Assembly (NCBI GenBank): GCA_023898645.1 | Contig: CP060232.1 | Coordinates: 570,001 to 602,000 of the forward strand | Origin: Candidatus Saccharimonadota bacterium | Lineage (GTDB): Bacteria; Patescibacteriota; Saccharimonadia; Saccharimonadales; Saccharimonadaceae | DNA length: 32,000 bases | Reading direction: 5' to 3' | Shown: positions 9,091-17,376 of the stretch, in pieces | Numbering within the stretch: the first letter of the stretch is position 1 | Layout: every line of letters begins with the position of its first letter | Program-made: the position numbers and the translations under genes | The notes under the pieces: generated by a model | Seen by the model: only the letters and a program-made list of their open reading frames with translations | Told to the model about the DNA's origin: nothing | Database searches by the model: none

Positions 9091-9696
9091 ATGGCTGAAC
9101 AAGCAACAGCACAGACTACCCCACGCACTGGCTCCCCGCAACGCGGTGGCGGACAGCGTGGTGGCCGACGCGATGACCGTCGGGCACAGGTTCCACAAGA
9201 ACCTAAAGAATTTGAAGAGATTGTCATCAACATCGACCGTGTCGCACGTGTCGTAAAAGGTGGTCGTCGATTCCGCTTCAAAGCACTCGTCGTCGTAGGA
9301 AACAACAAAGGCAAAGTTGGCGTTGGCGTATCTAAAGGCCAAGACGTTCAGACTGCCATTGCAAAAGCTACTGACGTCGCTAAAAAGAATTTGATTGTCG
9401 TACCTATTGCAAACGACACGATTCCTCACGATGTTGAGATGAAACTGTCAGGCGCACACGTGCTCATCAAGCCCGCTGCTCCTGGTACAGGTGTCATCGC
9501 CGGCGGTGTTGTCCGTCAAATCATCGGCGTGACTGGTATTCACAACATGCTTTCAAAGTCACTTGGTTCAACCAACAAAGTGAACATCGCTTATGCGACG
9601 ATTAACGCACTAAAGAGCCTGGTACCGAAAGATCAGTGGCTTAATGCCGAAAAGTCAGCCAAGAAGGCCCCTAAAGCCGAGAAGGAGACTAAATAA
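9091..9696 (+). CDS. rpsE: 30S ribosomal protein uS5 with Arg/Gly-rich N-terminal extension
   Basis: The ORF-track 9058 start overlaps rplR. ATG 9091 (MAEQATAQ...) follows GGAG and the rplR stop. The core VVKGGRRFRF motif is present. Confidence 0.95.
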   Translation: MAEQATAQTTPRTGSPQRGGGQRGGRRDDRRAQVPQEPKEFEEIVINIDRVARVVKGGRRFRFKALVVVGNNKGKVGVGVSKGQDVQTAIAKATDVAKKNLIVVPIANDTIPHDVEMKLSGAHVLIKPAAPGTGVIAGGVVRQIIGVTGIHNMLSKSLGSTNKVNIAYATINALKSLVPKDQWLNAEKSAKKAPKAEKETK

Positions 9697-10178
9697 TGAC
9701 TAAGTACAACGAACTACAAGTTGCCGCAAAGAAGTCACGCAAGCGCGTTGGCCGCGGTATCGCTGCAGGCCAGGGTAAAACCGCTGGTCGTGGTACCAAG
9801 GGTCAAGGCTCTCGTACGGGTAAAAAATTGAGCGCTACCTTCATGGGCGGCCAAACGTCTATGGTTCAGGCCGTGCCAAAGAGTCGTGGCTTCAAGAGCA
9901 TGCGCACTCCTGCACAGATAGTCTACCTAGACCACCTGAACGCTTTCAAAGGCAAAACCGTCGACAACATGACACTGTTTGAAAATGGCTACATCTCGAC
10001 ACCATTCCACACGGTCAAAGTTATCGCTCGCGGTGAACTGACAGAAAAGGTTAACCTGAAAGTACAGGGTGCCAGCAAGTCAGTACAGGAAGCTATCGTT
10101 AAAGCCGGTGGTACATTTGAAAAGGTTCCTACACCTATCAAAAAATCTACCAAAGCAGCTGAAGCAGCAGATAAATAG
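9696..10178 (+). CDS. rplO: 50S ribosomal protein uL15
   Basis: GRGIAAGQGKTAGRGTKGQ motif. It starts at the rpsE stop (TAATG), leaving no room for rpmD. Confidence 0.97.
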   Translation: MTKYNELQVAAKKSRKRVGRGIAAGQGKTAGRGTKGQGSRTGKKLSATFMGGQTSMVQAVPKSRGFKSMRTPAQIVYLDHLNAFKGKTVDNMTLFENGYISTPFHTVKVIARGELTEKVNLKVQGASKSVQEAIVKAGGTFEKVPTPIKKSTKAAEAADK

Positions 10179-10190
10179 TAGAAAACACAT

Positions 10191-10226
10191 AAAACAGCGC
10201 TCTTTCGGGAGCGTTGTTTTATATTT
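10191..10226 (+). terminator. Intrinsic terminator directly after rplO
   Basis: AAAACAGCGCTC-tttcgg-GAGCGTTGTTTT forms a 12-bp stem with one G.U pair, followed by a T-rich ATATTT run. Confidence 0.75.
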
Positions 10227-10281
10227 GATTTTATGATTTAATATTATTTGTCCACATATCCCTTCGACAACATGGAATAAC

Positions 10282-10542
10282 ATGGATGTAGCTACAGAAA
10301 TCCAAGTAGTAAAAGTTGCGCCAATCACGTTCATCGTCACAGTCAACGCTACCAGCGTTCAAAATGTGAGTAGTTGGAAATCCGACTTGATGCGAAGACA
10401 CTGCGGCGTCGCTGAAGTAACAGTCGCAAGCGGGTTCCACGTTCCGGGCGTTCGAGGTCTCGTCAACGAGATCAAAATCACCATGGACGCCGACGCAGAC
10501 TATCAACAACTTTGCGCACTTCGCGCAGAACTTAAAGCCTAA
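10282..10542 (+). CDS. Hypothetical 86-aa protein (strand assignment uncertain)
   Basis: The plus frame has strong G/purine enrichment at codon position 1 and beta-strand-like alternation. A terminator-like hairpin follows it. No SD is present. An antisense ORF (10231..10545, TTG start, Cys-rich) also stays open. Confidence 0.45.
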   Translation: MDVATEIQVVKVAPITFIVTVNATSVQNVSSWKSDLMRRHCGVAEVTVASGFHVPGVRGLVNEIKITMDADADYQQLCALRAELKA

Positions 10543-10555
10543 CAATCAAGGCATC

Positions 10556-10612
10556 GCCCCGACCATTCACAGTGAGCCACGCTCATGAGAAGAAGCGGGG
10601 CTTATTTATTTG
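10556..10612 (+). terminator. Terminator-like structure after the 86-aa ORF
   Basis: GCCCCG (10556-61) pairs with CGGGGC (10596-601), enclosing an inner TGAGC/GCTCA stem. TTATTTATTTG follows. Confidence 0.45.
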
Positions 10613-10713
10613 TTGGCGCTTAACAACACACGCTACTTACGTAGTGAAGGTTCATTTATTGAAGCCTTGTTTAAAAATATCTCACAAGACTAGCCGAAAT
10701 TTCGCTCCAGTTC

Positions 10714-10722
10714 TGCTATAAT
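10714..10722 (+). promoter_or_regulatory. Extended -10 TGcTATAAT, candidate independent secY promoter
   Basis: TG at 10714-15 and TATAAT at 10717-22, 48 nt before the secY ATG. It lies downstream of two terminators. Confidence 0.5.
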
Positions 10723-10770
10723 AGATACAAATATTGTGAGAAATGACTGACATAGGAAGCACTACTGAAC

Positions 10771-12183
10771 ATGAACTGGAAAACTATCTTTCGATCACTA
10801 AAAAACCGTGACATGCAAAAACGCCTTGGCGTCGTGTTGGCGCTCATAGTCGTATATCGATTCTTAGCGCACATACCCGTACCGCTTGCAGAACCAACCA
10901 AACTTAAACAAGTTATTGATTCAGTGGTGAACGCTAGCGACTTTGGCGGATTTTTGAATCTGCTATCTGGTGGCGCACTCGCAAGCTTCTCAATCGTACT
11001 AGTGGGAATGAGCCCGTTCATTACGGCAAGCATCATTACTCAGCTTTTGACCAAAGCCATACCAAAGCTAGAAGAGCTACATAAAGACGGCGAATCAGGT
11101 CGTCGAAAGATCAACCAGTGGACACGCCTCATTACTGTTCCTTTGGCCATAGTCCAATCAATCGCCTTCATCTATATCTTGCGCCAGACTGTTTTGGCGG
11201 GCAACACAACAGTCCTTAATAACACGTCAGCGTTAGAGTGGGTCGTAGCTGTCTTGGCGATGACCGTAGGCGCAGTACTACTGATGTGGCTCGGTGAGCT
11301 CATGACAGAGCAAGGTATAGGTAACGGTATTTCTATGGTGATTTTTGCCGGCATCATCAGCCAACTTCCAAATACGATGGCGTCCCTTGGGGCCTCCCTA
11401 ACGGACACTTCTCATGGCACGCTCAACGTCTTTGGATGGTTTCACATACCCGTCAATCCAACCTCATTTTGGGTGTCAATTGTCATCGGAATCGCCTCGC
11501 TCATCGTTCTGTATATACTCGTAAAGATCAACGAAGCGCAGCGTGTCATCACTATTAACTACGCCAAGCGCGTGCAGGGCAACAGCAACTACGGTGGCGT
11601 AAAGAGCATTCTACCGATTAAACTCATTGCTGCCGGCGTGATTCCAGTCATCTTTGCCGTCGCGTTCCTTAGCCTTCCAGCCTTCGTCGGCCAAGTTTTA
11701 AAAGCTACCGGCAACGCGCAATATCTTGATCTCGCCAACAACCTGATCACATGGTTCCAAGCGCCACAGCCTGGACAGTTTACGGGCGATACATTAAGCG
11801 CGCTCATTTACCCAGCCAGCTACTTTGCGCTTGTTATAATCTTTACGTACTTCTATACGGGCATCGTCTTTAATAGCAACGAAATCGCCGAGAACCTGCA
11901 AAAGCAAGGTGGCTTCATAGAGGGCGTTCGACCAGGTATCCAGACAGAGAAATACCTGTCACAAACCGTCAACCGACTCATCCTCTTCGGATCAATCGTA
12001 CTCGGCGTTATCGCTGTCATGCCGTTCATAGCTGAGTACTTGTTTGCACGATTCGGCGTCACAGGTATACAAAACCTCGCCATCGGTGGCACGGGTATCC
12101 TCATTGTTGTTTCAGTAGCTCTCGAAAGCTTGCGTCAGATCAATTCACGCGCGCTCATGGTTACTTACGACGACTACAAATAA
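10771..12183 (+). CDS. secY: Preprotein translocase subunit SecY
   Basis: 470 aa, multi-TM. Motifs LGVVLALIVVYRFLAHIPVP, GMSPFITASII and GISMVIFAGI are typical of SecY. Confidence 0.97.
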   Translation: MNWKTIFRSLKNRDMQKRLGVVLALIVVYRFLAHIPVPLAEPTKLKQVIDSVVNASDFGGFLNLLSGGALASFSIVLVGMSPFITASIITQLLTKAIPKLEELHKDGESGRRKINQWTRLITVPLAIVQSIAFIYILRQTVLAGNTTVLNNTSALEWVVAVLAMTVGAVLLMWLGELMTEQGIGNGISMVIFAGIISQLPNTMASLGASLTDTSHGTLNVFGWFHIPVNPTSFWVSIVIGIASLIVLYILVKINEAQRVITINYAKRVQGNSNYGGVKSILPIKLIAAGVIPVIFAVAFLSLPAFVGQVLKATGNAQYLDLANNLITWFQAPQPGQFTGDTLSALIYPASYFALVIIFTYFYTGIVFNSNEIAENLQKQGGFIEGVRPGIQTEKYLSQTVNRLILFGSIVLGVIAVMPFIAEYLFARFGVTGIQNLAIGGTGILIVVSVALESLRQINSRALMVTYDDYK

Positions 12184-12242
12184 TAATACGTAGTCTGGCG
12201 TACTACTTTGTTAAAACCACAGCATTTTATCAGTGATGCTCA

Positions 12243-12251
12243 TGCTATAAT
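12243..12251 (+). promoter_or_regulatory. Extended -10 TGcTATAAT, 8 nt before the sortase ATG (near-leaderless)
   Basis: TG at 12243-44 and TATAAT at 12246-51; ATG at 12260; no SD. Confidence 0.5.
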
Positions 12252-12259
12252 TATTGCAA

Positions 12260-12949
12260 ATGGCGAGCGGTCTATACATTGACCAGAAGAGGGATTTTCA
12301 TGTTGTCAGGTGGCTGATTATTCTTGGTGTTGTTTTGCTGCTTGCGGCCACTGGCTACTACGCATACGAATGGTATACTACGGGCGCCCGACCACCACTC
12401 GTGCCGTTGCCGGCTGTCGCATATGCCGATCCGTCAGTCAACGAGACACCCATCACAAAGAAACAAATCAACGACTACAAAGTGCCCGCGACGCATCCGC
12501 GCTACATCAGCATACCTGCACTTGGTATAACAAAAGCTCGCGTCGTGATTGTCGGCCTACTTAAAAATAACGAGCTCGACACGCCACTTCACATAGACGA
12601 CACAGCTTGGTACGACAAGAGTGCCTTTCCTGGCCAAGGATACGGAGTGGTCTTGATAGACGGGCACAATGGCGGCATTAGCCGTGATGGTATTTTCGTA
12701 CATCTCGACAAGCTAAAGAACGGCGATACCATTACCATAGAGCGCGGCGACGGCAAAAAGTTCACTTATGACGTCGTTGAAAACCGCACAGTATCACTCA
12801 AAGAGGCAAATACGACTGGCATGAATCGCCTGCTTGAACCATATAACTCCAACAAAGAAGGCTTAGGTCTCATTACTTGTGCTGGCACCTGGATACCTCG
12901 AGATCATGTATTTAACGAACGCATAATGGTTCGCGCGGTAGCCGAATAA
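12260..12949 (+). CDS. Sortase-family transpeptidase (class E/F-like), N-terminal membrane anchor
   Basis: TM segment VVRWLIILGVVLLLAATGYY; catalytic His in VLIDGHN; Cys in LGLITCAG; Arg in ERIMVRAV. ATG 12260 is preferred to the ORF-track TTG 12254, which sits 2 nt after the -10. Confidence 0.85.
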   Translation: MASGLYIDQKRDFHVVRWLIILGVVLLLAATGYYAYEWYTTGARPPLVPLPAVAYADPSVNETPITKKQINDYKVPATHPRYISIPALGITKARVVIVGLLKNNELDTPLHIDDTAWYDKSAFPGQGYGVVLIDGHNGGISRDGIFVHLDKLKNGDTITIERGDGKKFTYDVVENRTVSLKEANTTGMNRLLEPYNSNKEGLGLITCAGTWIPRDHVFNERIMVRAVAE

Positions 12950-13065
12950 GCCTGTGCTTTAGACGGGCGCCCTAAAGTGTTATAGTGTTGTCATCTGCCA
13001 GAGGTCGCCAATATCGAATATCGTATTGACGCGAACCCGACAGGCAGCGTACCTGAGAGGAATAT

Positions 13066-13524
13066 ATGACGAAATTTGACTTGATCCCAGAGCCGGTGCG
13101 GCAACGTAAGTTAGTCAATGCGAACGCTGCGTTTTCGTCCATTGAGTATCCGAGTGCCACAGAAGTAATCGACGTACTTGTCATGAACAGAATCGCTGTT
13201 CTCCTTGCCGAATATTCATATTTTATCCGGTCTGGAGATATGACGTTAAGAACGGTGCTACTCAAGTGGGTACGCGACAGTGAAGACAGCGACTTTGTCA
13301 TACTATTACGGGGAGAAGACATCCACGAGCTGGGCATGCGACTGCACGAGGACGGTAATTGGCCGTCGCGCCAGTCAAGGCTTATAGAGGTTCTAAATGT
13401 CGTAAGTAAATCGTTAGACAAACGAGGCCTTTTGGAGGTTCTAAAGAGCATCCACATAAAGCTGTCAGCCACTAGTGGAGCACAGCCCGTAGATGATGTC
13501 ATCATATTCGAAACAATGCCGTAA
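13066..13524 (+). CDS. Hypothetical cytoplasmic acidic protein, 152 aa
   Basis: GAGAGG SD 5 nt upstream of the ATG. A strong terminator follows. No signal peptide, TM segment or LPXTG motif. The antisense ORF 12972..13505 is Ser/Arg-rich and lacks signals. Confidence 0.65.
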   Translation: MTKFDLIPEPVRQRKLVNANAAFSSIEYPSATEVIDVLVMNRIAVLLAEYSYFIRSGDMTLRTVLLKWVRDSEDSDFVILLRGEDIHELGMRLHEDGNWPSRQSRLIEVLNVVSKSLDKRGLLEVLKSIHIKLSATSGAQPVDDVIIFETMP

Positions 13525-13530
13525 ACGGCA

Positions 13531-13559
13531 CCCCCGTCACGTGGCGGGGGCTTTCATTT
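13531..13559 (+). terminator. Intrinsic terminator
   Basis: CCCCCG-tcacgtgg-CGGGGG followed by CTTTCATTT. Confidence 0.75.
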
Positions 13560-13566
13560 CAGCACC

Positions 13567-13595
13567 TTGACGAAGCGTAGTGATTTACTTAAAAT
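13567..13595 (+). promoter_or_regulatory. infA promoter P1: TTGACG-17 nt-TAAAAT
   Basis: -35 at 13567-72 and -10 at 13590-95. Confidence 0.5.
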
Positions 13596-13650
13596 AAGAA
13601 GTACATTTTATGATCGCGGTCAAAACGCGAAAGTCTTTGCTAGAAACCCC

Positions 13651-13679
13651 TTTACTACTCTTGAATTATTGTGTATAAT
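13651..13679 (+). promoter_or_regulatory. infA promoter P2: TTTACT-17 nt-TATAAT
   Basis: -35 at 13651-56 and -10 at 13674-79. ATG is 15 nt downstream with no SD. Confidence 0.5.
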
Positions 13680-13694
13680 GAATCGTTGTTAACT

Positions 13695-13943
13695 ATGGCG
13701 AGTCAAAAGGAAGTAATTAAACTAGTCGGCAAGGTCGTGGAGGCCCTGCCTAATACTCAGTTTAAGGTCGAACTTGAGAATGGCCATACCGTCCTGGGAC
13801 ACATTTCGGGCAAGATGCGCAAGCATTACATCCGATTGGTGCCAGGCGACAGAGTGGAAGTCGAGTTAACCCCTTATGATCTCACAAAGGGTAGAATCAG
13901 CTTCCGCTTGAAAGACGAACCGCGGCCCGTCGAAGCCGCTTAG
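13695..13943 (+). CDS. infA: Translation initiation factor IF-1
   Basis: [68 protein letters not shown] is canonical IF-1. The ORF-track GTG 13671 start lies inside the -10 box. Confidence 0.96.
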   Translation: MASQKEVIKLVGKVVEALPNTQFKVELENGHTVLGHISGKMRKHYIRLVPGDRVEVELTPYDLTKGRISFRLKDEPRPVEAA

Positions 13944-13989
13944 GTGAGTCACGTTCGAAATTAATTAAATAGGAGTTTTTGTTGTCCTC

Positions 13990-14106
13990 ATGAAAGTTCG
14001 CGCGAGTGTAAGAAAAATCAGTCCTGATGATCAGTTTGTACGCCGTAAGGGCAAGCTTTACGTGATCAACAAGAAAAAGCCTAAGAACAAGCAAAGGCAG
14101 GGTTAA
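13990..14106 (+). CDS. rpmJ: 50S ribosomal protein bL36, Cys-free (zinc-independent) form; below the ORF-track size cutoff
   Basis: Manual translation gives [38 protein letters not shown] (38 aa). Position between infA and rpsM. Confidence 0.93.
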   Translation: MKVRASVRKISPDDQFVRRKGKLYVINKKKPKNKQRQG

Positions 14107-14108
14107 GC

Positions 14109-14495
14109 ATGGCTCGAATTGCAGGGGTTGTAATCCCAGCAGAAAAGCAGGTGCAGATCAGTCTTCGATACATTTATGGTATCGGACCGAAGCACGCTGC
14201 AGCCATCCTTGCGGCGGCTAATATAGAGCCGACCACTCGGGTGAAAAATCTCACCGAGGCTGAAGAACAGCGAATTCGCGAGATAATCGATCGAGATTAT
14301 ACCGTTGAAGGCGACTTGCAGCGTCAGGTAACCAACAATATTAAACGCTTGAAAGACATCGGTGCATACCGTGGTCTTCGTCACAAGTCAGGCTTGCCTG
14401 TCAACGGACAGAGGACTCGTACTAACGCTCGTACTCGTAAGGGTCGTGCGGTTGCAGTCGGTGGCGCTCAACCTAAGTCGGCGTCTAAGACGTAG
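14109..14495 (+). CDS. rpsM: 30S ribosomal protein uS13
   Basis: [10 protein letters not shown]...YIYGIGP...YRGLRH. Confidence 0.97.
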   Translation: MARIAGVVIPAEKQVQISLRYIYGIGPKHAAAILAAANIEPTTRVKNLTEAEEQRIREIIDRDYTVEGDLQRQVTNNIKRLKDIGAYRGLRHKSGLPVNGQRTRTNARTRKGRAVAVGGAQPKSASKT

Positions 14496-14507
14496 GAAGG
14501 AACGGAT

Positions 14508-14921
14508 ATGGCAGAAGCTACTACTACCACACCTGCAGCTAAGCCTGCTTCACGCAAGAAGCAGCGCCGTTCAGTTCCTGCAGGCCAACTACACATACAA
14601 GCAACATTCAATAACACGATTATCAGTTTCAGTGATAAAAAGGGTAACGTCATCGCTACTAGTAGCGCTGGTGCCTGCGGTTTCCGTGGCAGCAAAAAGG
14701 GTACGGCTTACGCCTCTCAGGTTGCAGCAGAAAAAGCAGCAGAAGTTGCTTCATCACAATACGGCTTGAAAAACGTTGATGTTTTCGTAAAAGGCGTCGG
14801 CCTTGGTCGCGATGCGGCCATCCGTGCCGTCAGTTCTTACGGCATTCTCGTAGACAGCATTACTGATGTCACTGGCGTTCCCCACGGCGGTGTCCGACCG
14901 AAGGGAGCGAGGAGAGCATAA
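14508..14921 (+). CDS. rpsK: 30S ribosomal protein uS11
   Basis: HIQATFNNTIISFSD..GFRGSKKGT..A. Confidence 0.97.
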   Translation: MAEATTTTPAAKPASRKKQRRSVPAGQLHIQATFNNTIISFSDKKGNVIATSSAGACGFRGSKKGTAYASQVAAEKAAEVASSQYGLKNVDVFVKGVGLGRDAAIRAVSSYGILVDSITDVTGVPHGGVRPKGARRA

Positions 14922-15538
14922 TGGCACGAGATCGATCACCAATAGTCAAACAATCGCGCCGAGAGGGCTATGCACTGCACCCTAAGGCACACAAGATCAT
15001 GGTCAAAAAATCAGGTATTCCTGGTATGCACGCCCATGGTCGTCAAGGCAAACCAAGCCTTTACCAAAAGCAACTGCGCGAAAAGCAAAAAGTGCGCCGT
15101 ACTTACGGTCTACTTGAAAAGCAATTTGCCAAGCTTATGAACGAAGCAAACCGATCAACCGGCCTTTCAGGTACTGTCCTGCTTGAGTTGCTCGAGCGTC
15201 GTCTAGATAACGTTGTCTACCGCGCCGGCTTAGCCACGAGCCGCCGTGCGTCACGTCAGCTTGTTAGCCACGGTCATTTTGAGCTAAACGGCCGCCGTGT
15301 CGACATTCCGTCAATTCGCGTCAAAGCTGGAGACGTTATTACCGTCCGTCCTAAAAGCACAAAATCCGGCTATTTTAGCAATATCGACGACGTCGTCAAT
15401 AACTCACTTCAGGTACCCCTGAGCTGGTTAAAGAGTGATGTCAAAAAATTAAAGATAGAAATCACTGGTGTCCCGAAACGCGAGGAAGCCGAGGTGGATA
15501 TCAACGAACAACTAATCGTCGAGTACTACTCGCGCTAA
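14921..15538 (+). CDS. rpsD: 30S ribosomal protein uS4
   Basis: YQKQLREKQKVRRTYGLLEKQF; S4 domain RLDNVVYR. Confidence 0.97.
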   Translation: MARDRSPIVKQSRREGYALHPKAHKIMVKKSGIPGMHAHGRQGKPSLYQKQLREKQKVRRTYGLLEKQFAKLMNEANRSTGLSGTVLLELLERRLDNVVYRAGLATSRRASRQLVSHGHFELNGRRVDIPSIRVKAGDVITVRPKSTKSGYFSNIDDVVNNSLQVPLSWLKSDVKKLKIEITGVPKREEAEVDINEQLIVEYYSR

Positions 15539-15552
15539 GAGGAGATATATAC

Positions 15553-16476
15553 ATGTCAAAAGTCATCCACAATCCTTTGCTTGCCGCCGTCAACGAGTCG
15601 ACCAGCACTAGTGCCGAGTTTGTCATCGAGCCTCTTCACGCTGGTTACGGCAACACACTAGGAAACAGCCTACGTCGCGTCTTGCTTTCAAGCATCCGCG
15701 GTGGCGCAATCGTAGCATTCCGCGTTGAAGGCGCAACTCACGAATTCACCACACTTCCAGGCGTAAAAGAAGATGTCGTCGACATCATGCTTAACCTGAA
15801 GAATGTACATGTCAAAGTTCACACAGACGAACCTATTGAACTTCGACTTGAAAAGAAAGGTGCCGGCATCGTTACCGCTGGCGACATCAAGACATCAGCA
15901 GATGTTGAGATCGTTAACCCAGAACAAATCATCGCTACAATTGACGACCCTAAAAAGTCTGTACTCATGGACATCGTCGTTGAATCTGGCCGTGGTTACC
16001 GCACCATCGAAGACAGTAGCGCTAAACGTCTACACAGCGACATGATCGCACTAGACGCCGTATTTAGCCCAGTTCTTCGCGTACGCTACAAGGTCGACAA
16101 CACACGTGTTGGCCAAGAAACGAACCTTGATAAACTTCTCCTTACCATCGATACCGACGGTACTGTGACGCCTCGCGAGGCCTTCGAAGAAGCAGCTGCT
16201 ATCCTGGTTAACCAGTACACAGCTTTGGCCGGTTCTACAATCGTAGAAGCAGCTCCTGCACTTGGTCACAACGAAGAGGATGAGTCTAGCGAGCTAAACA
16301 CACCTATTGAAGAGTTAAATCTGACCGCCCGCACCGCCAATGCATTGGTCAACAATGAAATCCGTACCGTTCACGACCTAGTCACATTGAGCGAGCAGGA
16401 TCTGCGCGAGCTGAAAGGCTTCGGCAGCAAGGCTCTGGAAGAAGTTAAAGATAAATTGGCGGAGTTGGAGCTTTAG
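15553..16476 (+). CDS. rpoA: DNA-directed RNA polymerase subunit alpha
   Basis: GYGNTLGNSLRRVLLSS at the N-terminus. C-terminal domain LNLTARTANALVNNEIRTVHDL. Confidence 0.97.
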   Translation: MSKVIHNPLLAAVNESTSTSAEFVIEPLHAGYGNTLGNSLRRVLLSSIRGGAIVAFRVEGATHEFTTLPGVKEDVVDIMLNLKNVHVKVHTDEPIELRLEKKGAGIVTAGDIKTSADVEIVNPEQIIATIDDPKKSVLMDIVVESGRGYRTIEDSSAKRLHSDMIALDAVFSPVLRVRYKVDNTRVGQETNLDKLLLTIDTDGTVTPREAFEEAAAILVNQYTALAGSTIVEAAPALGHNEEDESSELNTPIEELNLTARTANALVNNEIRTVHDLVTLSEQDLRELKGFGSKALEEVKDKLAELEL

Positions 16477-16479
16477 AAG

Positions 16480-16929
16480 ATGCATCGTCATGGATATAAA
16501 GGCCGCAAATTCGGCCGCGAACGAGACCAGCGCCGCGCCCTTATAAAGGGCCTGGCAACCAGTCTGGTTGAGCACGGCAAGATCGAAACGACGTTGCCGA
16601 AAGCAAAGGAGCTAACTCGTTACATCGAGAAGCTTATTACGAAAGCTAAAAAGGGTGACTTGGCGAACCGTCGTCGTGTCATTGCTGGACTTAGCACACA
16701 GGCTGCAGCATTTAAACTAGTTGACGAAATCGCACCACAATTGACGGGTCGCACAAGCGGGCACGTCCGTGTTGAGCGTACACGTTTACGAATCGGCGAT
16801 GGCGCCCAGATGGCAACCATCGGATTCGTCGATGAGCTAAAAGAAGTTGCAAAACCAGTCGAAAAGGCTGCTCCAGCTAAAAAACCCGCTGCTAAAACCA
16901 CCAAGAAAGTTGCGGAGGCAAAGGCATGA
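16480..16929 (+). CDS. rplQ: 50S ribosomal protein bL17 with Ala/Lys-rich C-terminal tail
   Basis: MHRHGYKGRKFGRERDQRRAL... is canonical L17. Confidence 0.97.
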   Translation: MHRHGYKGRKFGRERDQRRALIKGLATSLVEHGKIETTLPKAKELTRYIEKLITKAKKGDLANRRRVIAGLSTQAAAFKLVDEIAPQLTGRTSGHVRVERTRLRIGDGAQMATIGFVDELKEVAKPVEKAAPAKKPAAKTTKKVAEAKA

Positions 16930-17375
16930 GCACAATAAAGCAAACTAAGACATTCTCGCAGAAACCAGCTGACGTATCTCGCCGCTGGATCCTGATTGAT
17001 GCCGCAAGTGCACCACTAGGACGCGTTTCTACTGAAATCTCGAAATACCTGATTGGTAAATACAAACCTACCTACACACCACACGTCGATGGTGGCGACT
17101 ACGTAGTCGTTATCAACGCCAAAGATGCTGTCGTCACAGGCAACAAAGAGACAGGTAAGGTCTACTATCACCACTCAGGCTTCCCTGGCGGAATCAAAGA
17201 CGCTACATTGGCCGAAGTTCGAAGTAAATTCCCTGAACGAATCATCGAGCACTCAGTCAAGGGCATGCTACCAAAGAACAAGCTAGCCGCAGAACGCCTA
17301 AAGCGACTCAAGATTTATGCCGGTCCTGAGCACAACCACGCTGCTCAAACACCAGAGAAAGTGGAGGTAATGTAA
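16926..17375 (+). CDS. rplM: 50S ribosomal protein uL13
   Basis: RRWILIDAASAPLGRVST...GDYVVVINA motifs. Confidence 0.97.
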   Translation: MSTIKQTKTFSQKPADVSRRWILIDAASAPLGRVSTEISKYLIGKYKPTYTPHVDGGDYVVVINAKDAVVTGNKETGKVYYHHSGFPGGIKDATLAEVRSKFPERIIEHSVKGMLPKNKLAAERLKRLKIYAGPEHNHAAQTPEKVEVM

Positions 17376-17376
17376 T

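Noticed and set aside
10231-10545. 104-aa minus-strand Cys-rich ORF (TTG start) in the rplO-secY insert, possibly related to the Cys-rich 688-1224 protein
   Set aside because: By-eye alignment of the two Cys patterns is not convincing. Codon-position-1 purine bias and the downstream terminator favour the plus frame. It is kept as an open alternative in the finding.
12972-13505. 177-aa minus-strand ORF
   Set aside because: It is Ser/Arg/Thr-rich and typical of an antisense frame. The plus-strand gene has an SD and a terminator.
14362-14769. 135-aa plus-strand ORF overlapping rpsM and rpsK out of frame
   Set aside because: It is Leu/Arg/Ser-rich and overlaps two canonical genes. It is an alternative-frame artefact.
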